Source of the DNA: Desulfomonilia bacterium
Lineage (GTDB): Bacteria > Desulfobacterota > Desulfomonilia > UBA1062
Direction of reading: 5' to 3'
Length of the DNA stretch: 59,455 nucleotides
NCBI GenBank assembly: GCA_049975365.1
Contig: JBNGDS010000005.1
Coordinates: 17,541-76,995, forward strand
Shown here: positions 50,995-59,455 of the stretch, piece after piece
Layout: the number at the start of each line of letters is the position of its first letter
Numbering within the stretch: the stretch's first letter is position 1
Notes under the pieces: generated by a model
Told to the model about the DNA's origin: nothing
The model's input: the letters and a program-made list of their open reading frames with translations, nothing else
Database searches by the model: none
Program-made: the position numbers and the translations under genes

Positions 50995-51362
50995 GCAAAT
51001 AGTATGGACAATAGTATAGAAATGCCAATCCCGTGCCTGATGGGACCACTTCCTCTCCATAGCCATATCCCAGGTGAACTACCGACGGCAAGGCCTGTGT
51101 GGTATCGAAACCTGCCTCCTGGCTATCCTGAGCGAGCCTTATGGCATGAGTGTCGGGAGTAGGAATCAGCACGTTTTTTCTTGGGATATGTCTGTGAACC
51201 ATGGAAAGGTGAATGAACTTTTCTCAGAAATCGTGACTTCCCTATTGCTTTTTGCATCAAAGATATCCGAGATAGAAACACATACAATGGATAAAAGATC
51301 AGTGGTGATGGTACATCGACATCAAGTGAGAAGCGTATGACATCACCGTGAAGGGAGGAGCG

Positions 51363-52322
51363 ATGAGTAATCCTTTTGCATGGGGAGTGCGGGGGAGTTT
51401 TTTTCTCCTCAAAGACCTGAATTGAGCGCTTGCGTCCCTGGAGGTCATCCAGGACATGAACACTCACAAGGAAAACACCGTGCTCAAGGCGGCAACAGGA
51501 CTGGAAGGCGGTCTTGTGGCACGCGGTTCAACATGCGGGGTGGTAAGCGGGGGTTCTCTCGGCATTGCACTCATGCACGTTGACGAGGTGAGAGCGCGGG
51601 GTGTCGCTGCCCAGAAAGACGTGCTGAAACGGGCAGGAGAATACATCGACTGGTTTCAGGATAGATTCGGGACCACGCTGTGCAGGGAGCGCACCGGGGT
51701 TGATTTCTATGAGCCGAAAGGGCAGCTCAGCTACTTCCTGCCCGGTGAGCGGGTGATTCGATGCATGTGGCACATCAGCCAGGCCATGCAGTACATCTAC
51801 GTGAGGGAAAGAGTAGATCCTGATCCGTTTCCCGAGAGCCTCGAATCCGGAGATGGTGAGCCTGTACACTGTGCCACCACCGTGCTGAAGGGTATCCGTG
51901 AGCACAGCGGGATTGGATATGGTCTCCTTGAAGACATTGCGTTTGTGCTGGATGGCGGGGTCGGGCTCAGGGGAGGAATATGCGGGGCTATGGCCGGTGC
52001 TGTGATGGCCGTCAATCTTGTCTTCGGGTGGGATATCCGGTCCATGCTGCCGCCGGTGACGATAAAGAAGTTCGTGGATGGTCACCTCAATCTCCTCCGC
52101 AGACATCCAAAAGGAATGCCGGAGACATTTGCCATTGGCAGAGAGGTGGTGAACGCCTGCAGGGAAAAAGCTCTCAGCATGGAATGCCGGGAAATCACCG
52201 GGAAAACTTTTGCAGATTTCGACGATTTCCAGGAGCACGTGCGAACATCCGAGACCTGCAGGGAGATCATCGAACGCTCGATTGAAGCAGGAACTCGGGC
52301 TCTCGAGAACTGGGCTCACTAG
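51363..52322 (+). CDS. tandem C_GCAxxG_C_C family selenoprotein candidate (Sec at codon 21)
   Basis: GGAGG-N4-ATG at 51363. MSNPFAWGVRGSFFLLKDLN-TGA-ALASLEVIQDMNTHKENTVLKAATGLEGGL...STCGVVSGG. The TGA (51423-51425) aligns with the first Cys of the family signature (NCAQAVL). The second half repeats the domain with Cys (VHCATTVL ... GICGAMAGA). The ORF track starts at 51456. Confidence 0.75.
51434..51455 (+). promoter_or_regulatory. candidate SECIS hairpin 3
   Basis: 8 nt after UGA: GU(C)CCUGGA-[GGUCA]-UCCAGGAC. This gives 6 bp, a bulged C and 2 more bp, with GGUC in the loop. Confidence 0.65.
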
Positions 52323-52368
52323 GAACCCTCTTCTCTGAATCCTTCCAACAGCTCCCAGGGAAGGCATC

Positions 52369-52399
52369 CATGCTGCAGGGATGGCTCTCCTGCAGCATG
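52369..52399 (+). terminator. perfect 11-bp hairpin downstream of the C_GCAxxG_C_C gene (weak terminator candidate)
   Basis: CATGCTGCAGG-N9-CCTGCAGCATG, followed only by AACCATATTTTA (a poor U-run). Confidence 0.4.
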
Positions 52400-52502
52400 A
52401 ACCATATTTTACCCTTCACTTTTTGCACATATTTAGGTAATACAACGGTTTTCCTGCACGTGAGAAATACCGCAGGGAACGAGGAGGTTGAACAAAACCC
52501 CT

Positions 52503-53414
52503 ATGAAAAGAGAAGACACTGCAATCCAGCAGGCCATTCATCGATCGAAGATCCTCGTGGAGGCGCTTCCGTACATACGCGACTTTCGCGGCAAGCGGAT
52601 CGTGGTGAAGTACGGCGGTCATGCCATGGTCGATACCGAGTTGAAGCGGCTGTTTGCACAGCAGATCATCCTGTTCCAGTACATCGGGATCCAGGTAGTG
52701 GTGGTCCACGGGGGCGGTCCCCAGATCAGTACGATGCTGGATCAGATGGGGATCAAGTCGAGCTTCATCGACGGCAGGAGAATCACGGACGCAAAGACCA
52801 TGGATGTAGTCGAGATGGTGCTTGCAGGGGGGATCAACAAGGAGATCGTGAATCTCATCAACACAGAAGGTGGACGGGCGGTCGGTCTCTCGGGAAAGGA
52901 CGGTGGGCTCATCAAGGCACGTAAGCTCTTCTACTCCAGGAAGGGGCCCGATGGTGTCACAATGACCGATATCGACATGGGTCATGTGGGTGAGGTGACC
53001 GAGATCAACACCGAAATCATCGATGCTGTGGAGAAGGCGGGTTTTGTGGCCGTGATCGCCCCATCGGGGGTGGGTGCCGACGGACTCACCTACAATATCA
53101 ATGCCGATACAGTGGCCTCTGAGATTGCAGGTCACCTCAAGGTGGAAAAGATCATCATCCTCACGGATGAACAGGGTGTACTCAATGCCACCGGGGAGCT
53201 CATCTCGAGCATCAGGTATTCCGATATCCCCCGCCTCATCTCCTCAGGAGTCATCACAGGGGGAATGATCCCCAAGGTCGAGTGCTGCATGAAGGCCCTG
53301 GACAGCGGCGTGAAGAAGGCGCACATCGTGGATGGCAGGATCCCATACTCCGTGTTGCTGGAGCTGTTCACGGATTCTGGGATCGGGACGCAGATCGTCA
53401 AGGAGGACCAGTGA
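52503..53414 (+). CDS. argB: acetylglutamate kinase
   Basis: LPYIRDFRGKRIVVKYGGHAM, VVVHGGGPQI and INADT motifs. The tracked ORF starts at TTG 52488, which abuts the SD with no spacing, so ATG 52503 is preferred. Confidence 0.9.
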   Translation: MKREDTAIQQAIHRSKILVEALPYIRDFRGKRIVVKYGGHAMVDTELKRLFAQQIILFQYIGIQVVVVHGGGPQISTMLDQMGIKSSFIDGRRITDAKTMDVVEMVLAGGINKEIVNLINTEGGRAVGLSGKDGGLIKARKLFYSRKGPDGVTMTDIDMGHVGEVTEINTEIIDAVEKAGFVAVIAPSGVGADGLTYNINADTVASEIAGHLKVEKIIILTDEQGVLNATGELISSIRYSDIPRLISSGVITGGMIPKVECCMKALDSGVKKAHIVDGRIPYSVLLELFTDSGIGTQIVKEDQ

Positions 53415-54577
53415 CAGGGCACGTGATGCATACCTATGCGCGGCTTCCTGTCAGAATTGTTCGGGGAGAATCGTGCACGCTCTTTGATGAGTCTGGAAAG
53501 ACCTACCTCGATATGGTCGCAGGGATCGCTGTGTGCAATCTTGGCCATGCCCATGCCGCGGTGGTTGCCGCTCTCAGAGAACAGGCGGGGAGGTTGTTCC
53601 ATTGTTCCAACCTCTATGGTATTCCCCAGCAGGAGACCCTTGCCGCCCTGGTTGTAGAGAACAGCTTTGATGCTGATGTATTCTTTTGCAATTCCGGGGC
53701 CGAAGCGAATGAGGCAGCTATCAAACTTGCTCGGAAGTTCTGCAACTCCCAGGGCAGCCGGGGGCCGAACATCATCACCTGTGAGGGTTCGTTTCACGGT
53801 CGAACACTGGCTACGGTGGCAGCCACCGGCCAGGATAAATTCAGGCAGGGATTCGATCCCATACCCCAGGGATTTTCCTGTGTCCCCTATGGCGATATCG
53901 AAGCCCTGAAGGCATCTGTCACTGATGACGTGGGGGCTGTTATGCTGGAGCCGATCCAGGGAGAAGGGGGCGTACGGGTTCCTCCTGAAGGCTATCTTCG
54001 GCAAGTCCGTGAACTCTGCGACAGTCTCGGGCTCCTGATGATCCTCGACGAGGTGCAAACCGGCCTCGCACGGACAGGCAGGCTCTTCGGCTACATGCAC
54101 GAGGGGATCGAGCCGGATATCATGACCCTTGCAAAGGCGCTGGGGAACGGATTCCCCGTGGGTGCCATGAGTGCACAAAAGCATGTGTCCAGGGCATTCA
54201 GTCCCGGCGCACATGCATCCACCTTCGGGGGAAACCCGCTCGCCATGGCATGTTCCATTGCAACGATGAACGTCATTCTTGATCAGGATATGGCTGGAAC
54301 GGCTGCGGAAAAGGGAGACTATCTGAAGGAGAGGCTCGAGGGCATGAAGTCTGCCCACCAGGGCATCCGTGAGATCAGAGGCCGGGGGCTCATGGTAGGT
54401 GTAGAGTTCGACCACGATGTATCGTTCCTGCCGATTGCCGGTATTGAACAGGGGATTCTCCTCAACGTGATCCAGGGGCATATTCTCAGGATGGTTCCCC
54501 CGCTGGTCATCTCCTATGAGGAGCTTGATCGTGCAGTTGAGATCATCCATTCACTGCTGGGAGAAAAAGGGTTGTGA
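53411..54577 (+). CDS. argD: acetylornithine aminotransferase (class III PLP)
   Basis: YARLPV, FCNSGAEANEAAIKLAR, ILDEVQTGLARTG, TFGGNPLA. GTG 53411 lies 4 nt after AGGAGG and overlaps the argB stop. ATG 53426 is an alternative. Confidence 0.9.
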   Translation: MTGHVMHTYARLPVRIVRGESCTLFDESGKTYLDMVAGIAVCNLGHAHAAVVAALREQAGRLFHCSNLYGIPQQETLAALVVENSFDADVFFCNSGAEANEAAIKLARKFCNSQGSRGPNIITCEGSFHGRTLATVAATGQDKFRQGFDPIPQGFSCVPYGDIEALKASVTDDVGAVMLEPIQGEGGVRVPPEGYLRQVRELCDSLGLLMILDEVQTGLARTGRLFGYMHEGIEPDIMTLAKALGNGFPVGAMSAQKHVSRAFSPGAHASTFGGNPLAMACSIATMNVILDQDMAGTAAEKGDYLKERLEGMKSAHQGIREIRGRGLMVGVEFDHDVSFLPIAGIEQGILLNVIQGHILRMVPPLVISYEELDRAVEIIHSLLGEKGL

Positions 54578-55488
54578 TGAAGAAAAAAGATTTTCTTTCC
54601 ATACGAGACCTTACGCGTGATGAGATCGCTCTCATCTTTGAACGCGCCCGGGAAAACAGACTCGGTCTGCCTGCCAGAAGCCTGGCAGGAAAATCTGTTG
54701 TACTCGTGTTCGAGAAGGCGTCTACCAGGACTCGAATCTCCTTTGAGGTCGGCATCGCCCGTCTGGGTGGACATCCTGTCGTGCTCTCGACGGAAGGTTC
54801 TCAGATGGGTCGGGGAGAACCCCTGAAGGACACGGCAAGGATCCTCGCAGGCTACTGTGATGCACTCGTCATGAGGACATTCGGGCACGAGAGGATCGAG
54901 GAAATGGCACAGTTCGCACACATTCCCGTCATCAACGCTCTGACGGATTTGCTGCACCCCTGTCAGGTTCTCTCTGACTGCTTCACCCTCTCCTTGCGGT
55001 TCAAAGATCTCCCCAACAGGAAGATCGCCTGGATCGGGGATGGAAACAACATGGCCAACTCATGGATCAATGCGGCCGCTCTGATGGGATTTGAACTCGT
55101 GCTTGCATGCCCGAAGGGATACGAGCCCGATGAGTCCATCCTGAACGCAGCCCTCAGAGACGGTGCGCGGGTGAAGGTAGTCCGGGAGCCGAAAGAAGCC
55201 ATCCGGGACGCGGTTGCTGTGAATACCGATGTCTGGGCGAGCATGGGACAGGAGAACGAGGCCTCATCACGCGCCAAGGCATTTTCCGTCTACCAGGTAA
55301 ATGAAGGCATCATGGATTTCGCTGCTCCTGATGCGGTGTTCATGCACTGTCTGCCGGCACACCGGGGTGAGGAAGTCACGGAAGATGTTCTGGAAGGACC
55401 CCGATCCATCGTGTGGGAACAGGCGCAGAATAGACTCTACATTCAGGAAGCCATCTTGGATTTTTTACTACGAGAGAAAAAGGAGTAG
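54574..55488 (+). CDS. argF: ornithine carbamoyltransferase
   Basis: [13 protein letters not shown] and [11 protein letters not shown] motifs. Confidence 0.95.
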   Translation: MMKKKDFLSIRDLTRDEIALIFERARENRLGLPARSLAGKSVVLVFEKASTRTRISFEVGIARLGGHPVVLSTEGSQMGRGEPLKDTARILAGYCDALVMRTFGHERIEEMAQFAHIPVINALTDLLHPCQVLSDCFTLSLRFKDLPNRKIAWIGDGNNMANSWINAAALMGFELVLACPKGYEPDESILNAALRDGARVKVVREPKEAIRDAVAVNTDVWASMGQENEASSRAKAFSVYQVNEGIMDFAAPDAVFMHCLPAHRGEEVTEDVLEGPRSIVWEQAQNRLYIQEAILDFLLREKKE

Positions 55489-55490
55489 CT

Positions 55491-56693
55491 ATGGCATCGG
55501 AAAAGGTAGTCTTGGCATATTCTGGCGGACTTGACACATCCGTGATTCTGAAGTGGCTCCAGGATGAGTTCAACTACGAGGTCATCTGCTGCGTGGCGGA
55601 TGTCGGGCAGGCAGAGGAGCTCGATGGCCTGGAGGAGAAGGCGAAACAGACCGGGGCATCCAAGATCTACATCGAGGATCTGAAGGAAGAGTTCGTGAGG
55701 GACTACGTGTTCCCCGCATACCGTGCTGACATCGCCTATGAAGGACACTATCTCCTGGGAACCTCTCTCGCCAGGCCCCTGATCGCCAAGCGGATCATTG
55801 AGATTGCCAGGAGAGAAGGAGCCAATGCCGTCTCACATGGGGCAACCGGAAAGGGGAACGACCAGGTGAGATTTGAGCTGACCTTCTGGGCACTCAATCC
55901 CGGGATCAAGGTAATCGCTCCGTGGAAAATGGACGAGTGGACCCTGAGGTCTCGGGAGAAGATGATCGACTATGCCCAGACGCACGGCATACCGGTCCCC
56001 GTCACGAAGAAGAAGCCCTACAGCATGGACAGGAATCTCCTCCATATCAGTTTTGAAGGGGGAATACTGGAAGATCTCTGGAACGAACCGGACGAAGAGA
56101 TGTTTGTGCTTTCCTGCTCACCGGAGCAGGCTCCGGACACTCCGAAAAACGTGGTCATCTCCTTTCTCGATGGTGATCCCGTTGCCGTTGACGGCACAGA
56201 GATGAGTCCTGCAACACTCCTTGCCGAGCTCAACAAGCTCGGGGGAGAAAACGGTATCGGGCGGGTGGACATCGTTGAAAACCGCTATGTGGGGATGAAA
56301 TCTCGTGGAGTGTACGAGACTCCTGGGGGCAGCATCCTGAAGATTGCCCACAGGGGAATCGAGCAGATCACCATGGACAGAGAGGTCATGCACCTGCGGG
56401 ATGAACTCATGCCGCGGTATGCATCCCTTGTGTACAATGGGTACTGGTTCGCTCCGGAACGGGAGGTGCTCCAGAAACTCATAGACGAGTCGCAGAAGGG
56501 CGTCACCGGAGACGTCAGGGTAAAACTCTACAAAGGGAATTGCATGATTACCGGCAGGAGGGCGGAAAAATCGCTCTACAACCCCGAGATCGCCACGTTT
56601 GGCGAAGATGAGGTATACGATCAGAAGGATGCCTCTGGGTTCATTCGGCTCAATGCACTTCGCCTCAAGATGAGGGCACATGTGAAATCATGA
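55491..56693 (+). CDS. argG: argininosuccinate synthase
   Basis: [44 protein letters not shown]. Confidence 0.95.
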   Translation: MASEKVVLAYSGGLDTSVILKWLQDEFNYEVICCVADVGQAEELDGLEEKAKQTGASKIYIEDLKEEFVRDYVFPAYRADIAYEGHYLLGTSLARPLIAKRIIEIARREGANAVSHGATGKGNDQVRFELTFWALNPGIKVIAPWKMDEWTLRSREKMIDYAQTHGIPVPVTKKKPYSMDRNLLHISFEGGILEDLWNEPDEEMFVLSCSPEQAPDTPKNVVISFLDGDPVAVDGTEMSPATLLAELNKLGGENGIGRVDIVENRYVGMKSRGVYETPGGSILKIAHRGIEQITMDREVMHLRDELMPRYASLVYNGYWFAPEREVLQKLIDESQKGVTGDVRVKLYKGNCMITGRRAEKSLYNPEIATFGEDEVYDQKDASGFIRLNALRLKMRAHVKS

Positions 56694-58084
56694 CGGACAA
56701 ACCCTGGTCAGGAAGGTTTCATTCACAGACACACCCTGAGGTGGAGGACTTCACGGAATCGGTGAGCATCGATTCCCGGTTCGCGCTGGAGGATATCGAG
56801 GGGAGCATGGCCCACGCACGCATGCTGGGGGCCACCGGGATTATCGCGCCCGAAGAGGCTCAGGCCATCCGTGACGGACTCACGGAGATCAGGGACGACA
56901 TTGTCTCGGGAAAATTCCGGTTCGATCCTTCCCTGGAAGATGTCCACATGAACATCGAGACAGCATTGATTGAGAAGATTGGAGAAACTGGCAAGAAGCT
57001 CCACACGGCCAGGAGCAGGAATGACCAGGTCGCGACCGACCTCAGGCTTTTCGTCCGAAAGGAGCTGAAAACCCTGAAACGAGAGCTCGGATCATTCATG
57101 GAGGCACTTCTCGCAAAGGCTGAAGACCACATCGATACCGTCATCCCAGGCATGACTCACCTCCAGCACGCACAACCGCTCTCTTTTGCCCATCACATGC
57201 TCGCCTATTTCGAGATGTTCCGAAGAGACCTGGAGCGTATATCGGATATGGAGAAACGGGTGAATGTGAGCCCCTTGGGCAGTGCCGCCCTTGCAGGAAC
57301 AGCGCACCCCATAGACCGGGCAATGGCCGCCCGCGAGCTCGATTTTTCCGGACCGAGCAGGAATTCCGTTGATGCGGTGAGCGATCGCGATTTTGCCATC
57401 GAGACGGTCTTTGTCTGTGCGGTCATCATGATGCATGTAAGCCGTCTCGCAGAAGAGATCATCATCTGGAATTCCCAGCCATTCTCTTTTGTTGAACTGT
57501 CTGATGCGCACTGTACCGGGAGTTCCATCATGCCTCAGAAGAAGAATCCTGATGTGGCAGAGCTCGTCAGGGGAAAGGTGGGATCTGTCTACGGCAATCT
57601 CATGGCACTCCTCACCATGATGAAGGCTCTTCCCCTTGCCTATAACCGGGATCTCCAGGAAGACAAGCACCCGCTTCTGGATTCCCTGGACACGCTTCAT
57701 GCATGCCTGACTGTCTTTACCGGGCTGCTCACCGGTATGGAGCTCAACAGGGACGCCATCGATCACTCGCTGGCCGGAGGCTTCATCACTGCAACCGATG
57801 TTGCTGACTACTTGACGGCAAAGGGGCTGCCGTTCAGGGATGCCCACCGCATCACTGGAGAGCTTGTGTCTGCACTCATCCTTGAAGGAAGGACATTTGC
57901 GGACCTCGGAATTGAGGATTTCAAAGTGTACAGCCCGTTCTTTGAATCCGACATTCTCACGATCGTCACCCCGTCGGTCTCCATGAACCGAAGAACGAGC
58001 CAAGGGGGAACCTCCAGACAGCGTGTGCGGGAAGCCCTGGAAGAGGCGAGGTCATTTCTCGATGATCAGGCCCGTGAGACCTAG
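56690..58084 (+). CDS. argH: argininosuccinate lyase
   Basis: [17 protein letters not shown] and [12 protein letters not shown] motifs. Confidence 0.95.
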   Translation: MTDKPWSGRFHSQTHPEVEDFTESVSIDSRFALEDIEGSMAHARMLGATGIIAPEEAQAIRDGLTEIRDDIVSGKFRFDPSLEDVHMNIETALIEKIGETGKKLHTARSRNDQVATDLRLFVRKELKTLKRELGSFMEALLAKAEDHIDTVIPGMTHLQHAQPLSFAHHMLAYFEMFRRDLERISDMEKRVNVSPLGSAALAGTAHPIDRAMAARELDFSGPSRNSVDAVSDRDFAIETVFVCAVIMMHVSRLAEEIIIWNSQPFSFVELSDAHCTGSSIMPQKKNPDVAELVRGKVGSVYGNLMALLTMMKALPLAYNRDLQEDKHPLLDSLDTLHACLTVFTGLLTGMELNRDAIDHSLAGGFITATDVADYLTAKGLPFRDAHRITGELVSALILEGRTFADLGIEDFKVYSPFFESDILTIVTPSVSMNRRTSQGGTSRQRVREALEEARSFLDDQARET

Positions 58085-58457
58085 ATATGTCCTGGCCGTG
58101 GGCATTCTCCTCCTCGCAATCCTGTGCTGCGGGAGAAAACTCCCCCCGCTCCCCCCTTCAGAGCCGGATCCTGTTGAGATCGTGTCCATTGGTTTCACCG
58201 AGGGCGAGGTTACTGTCCGGGTTCGGTGTGCTGTCCAGAGCAGAACGGTGACTCTTCTGGGGAAGCCAAAAGGCATCTGTCCCGCATGTATTGAAGACCT
58301 CGTTTCCAGGGATGAAGTTCAGATACAGGAACCAGGGACACTACTTCTGAAAGACCGCAACCCGGACGCGGAGTACATGGTGTACCGGGTTTCGATCAGG
58401 GACAACTCGTTCTCCTGGCGTACAGGCCCGAGGATTGTACGGAGGACAGAGAAGTGA
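58062..58457 (+). CDS. small lipoprotein (LptM/LppL-like position between argH and lysA)
   Basis: Signal peptide plus lipobox-like LAILCCGRKLPPLPP. Start at ATG 58062 or GTG 58074, overlapping the argH 3' end. Confidence 0.6.
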   Translation: MIRPVRPRYVLAVGILLLAILCCGRKLPPLPPSEPDPVEIVSIGFTEGEVTVRVRCAVQSRTVTLLGKPKGICPACIEDLVSRDEVQIQEPGTLLLKDRNPDAEYMVYRVSIRDNSFSWRTGPRIVRRTEK

Positions 58458-58484
58458 AACAATTCATGCAAGGGGGAGACGGAC

Positions 58485-59455
58485 ATGCATGATTTTACCT
58501 ATCTGGACGGGAGACTCGCCTGTGGAGAGGTTCCTCTGGAAAAGATTGCAGAGGAGCTGGGCACTCCTTTTTATTGCTACAGTCTCCCCACCCTCAGGAG
58601 ACATATCAAGGCATTTGAGGACCCCCTGAAAGATATCGATCACCAGACATGTTTTGCCATGAAGGCAAACTCCAGTCTTGCCATCCTCACCCTCATGGCA
58701 CGCTCCGGACTCGGTGCTGATGTGGTCTCCGGAGGGGAACTGTTCCGGGCCATGAAGGCAGGCATCCCTGCGGACAAGATCGTCTATTCCGGTGTCGGCA
58801 AGACAACCGACGAGATCGATACGGCCATACAGGCCGGAATCATGATGTTCAACATCGAGAGCCGGGAAGAACTCGAGGTCATCAACTCCCGGGCGGGCGA
58901 GTTGGGGACACGGGCGCCCATATCAATCCGGGTGAATCCTGACGTCGATCCGCAGACTCACCCGTACATTTCCACCGGTCTCAAGTCCCACAAGTTCGGC
59001 ATTGATATCGAGGCATCCACGGCCCAATACCTCAGGGCGCAAGAGATGGAGAATATTGAGATCGTGGGGATCGATTGCCACATTGGAAGCCAGCTTACGG
59101 AGGTCAAGCCATTCATCGATGCCGTGGAGAGGCTCAAGGTGCTCGTCACGAATCTGAGGGCCCTGGGAATAGAATTCAGGTACCTTGACCTCGGGGGTGG
59201 CCTCGGCATCACCTATTCCGACGAACAGCCACCGCACCCGCGGGAGTACGGGAAGGCGATCATCGATGCGGTAAGCGGCCTCGGGTTGAAGCTGATATTC
59301 GAGCCGGGCAGGGTGATCGTGGGAAATGCCGGGATTCTGGTGACCAGGGTTCTGTACCGGAAGGAGACCCCGAACAAGACATTCATCATCGTGGATGCAG
59401 GCATGAACGATCTCATCCGACCGGCCCTGTACGGTGCGTTTCACGAGGTACGGCC
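58485..59455 (+). CDS. lysA: diaminopimelate decarboxylase (3'-truncated by window end)
   Basis: Not in the ORF track because there is no stop before the window end. My translation from ATG 58485 (after AGGGGGAG) gives MHDFTYLDG...TPFYCYS...CFAMKANS...GGELF...DLGGGLGI...EPGR...DAGMNDLIRPALYGA. Confidence 0.9.
   Translation, partial: MHDFTYLDGRLACGEVPLEKIAEELGTPFYCYSLPTLRRHIKAFEDPLKDIDHQTCFAMKANSSLAILTLMARSGLGADVVSGGELFRAMKAGIPADKIVYSGVGKTTDEIDTAIQAGIMMFNIESREELEVINSRAGELGTRAPISIRVNPDVDPQTHPYISTGLKSHKFGIDIEASTAQYLRAQEMENIEIVGIDCHIGSQLTEVKPFIDAVERLKVLVTNLRALGIEFRYLDLGGGLGITYSDEQPPHPREYGKAIIDAVSGLGLKLIFEPGRVIVGNAGILVTRVLYRKETPNKTFIIVDAGMNDLIRPALYGAFHEVR

Noticed and set aside
1-59455. Scan for CRISPR arrays, rRNA, IS elements, integrases and toxin-antitoxin pairs
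   Set aside because: I found no regularly spaced direct repeats, no transposase or integrase-like translations in any frame, and no rRNA-like segments.

Overview
This 59.5-kb window looks like a core chromosomal segment of a Gram-negative-type, probably anaerobic bacterium. GC is mid-50s % by eye, and the taxon cannot be fixed from the sequence alone. I support about 50 protein genes and 2 tRNAs.

Main content, in order:
- Housekeeping blocks: tRNA-Met, a Nif3-like/zinc-ribbon pair, a type IV pilin, an HhH-GPD glycosylase, tRNA-Arg, a U32 peptidase and a UvrD-like helicase.
- Two HisKA_3/LuxR two-component pairs.
- A ptb-ptb-buk cluster.
- A CPC-type P1B ATPase and a large B12-type radical SAM/DUF2344 fusion.
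- rodZ-like, mgtE, recO, glyQ, glyS and an HD-domain hydrolase.
- hisS, aspS, a LysM lipoprotein and icd.
- argB-argD-argF-argG-argH, a small lipoprotein and lysA (truncated at the 3' window edge).

I recognised no CRISPR array, rRNA, transposase or integrase.

Observations most worth following up:
1. A 22-codon leader ORF (6 of its last 8 sense codons are Phe) sits upstream of a 7-gene liv-type ABC transporter/CoA-ligase operon. Its stop codon abuts an antiterminator segment that competes with a strong intrinsic terminator. This is a candidate pheL-like attenuator in an unusual context.
2. Two genes that the ORF track truncates at in-frame TGA codons look like selenoproteins. One is a 70-aa glutaredoxin-like protein with TGA at the redox position and possibly a second TGA three codons before the end. 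The other is a tandem C_GCAxxG_C_C protein with TGA at the first signature Cys. Each TGA is followed by a hairpin with a GGU(C) apical loop.
3. Two paralogous radical-SAM-like proteins with Cx4Cx2C spacing flank a TsaA-like protein and a Na/Pi-PhoU protein.
4. A ~1.1-kb low-GC patch carries a membrane-anchored AhpD-like gene.

All start codons are judged by eye from SD spacing and family N-termini and should be treated as approximate.
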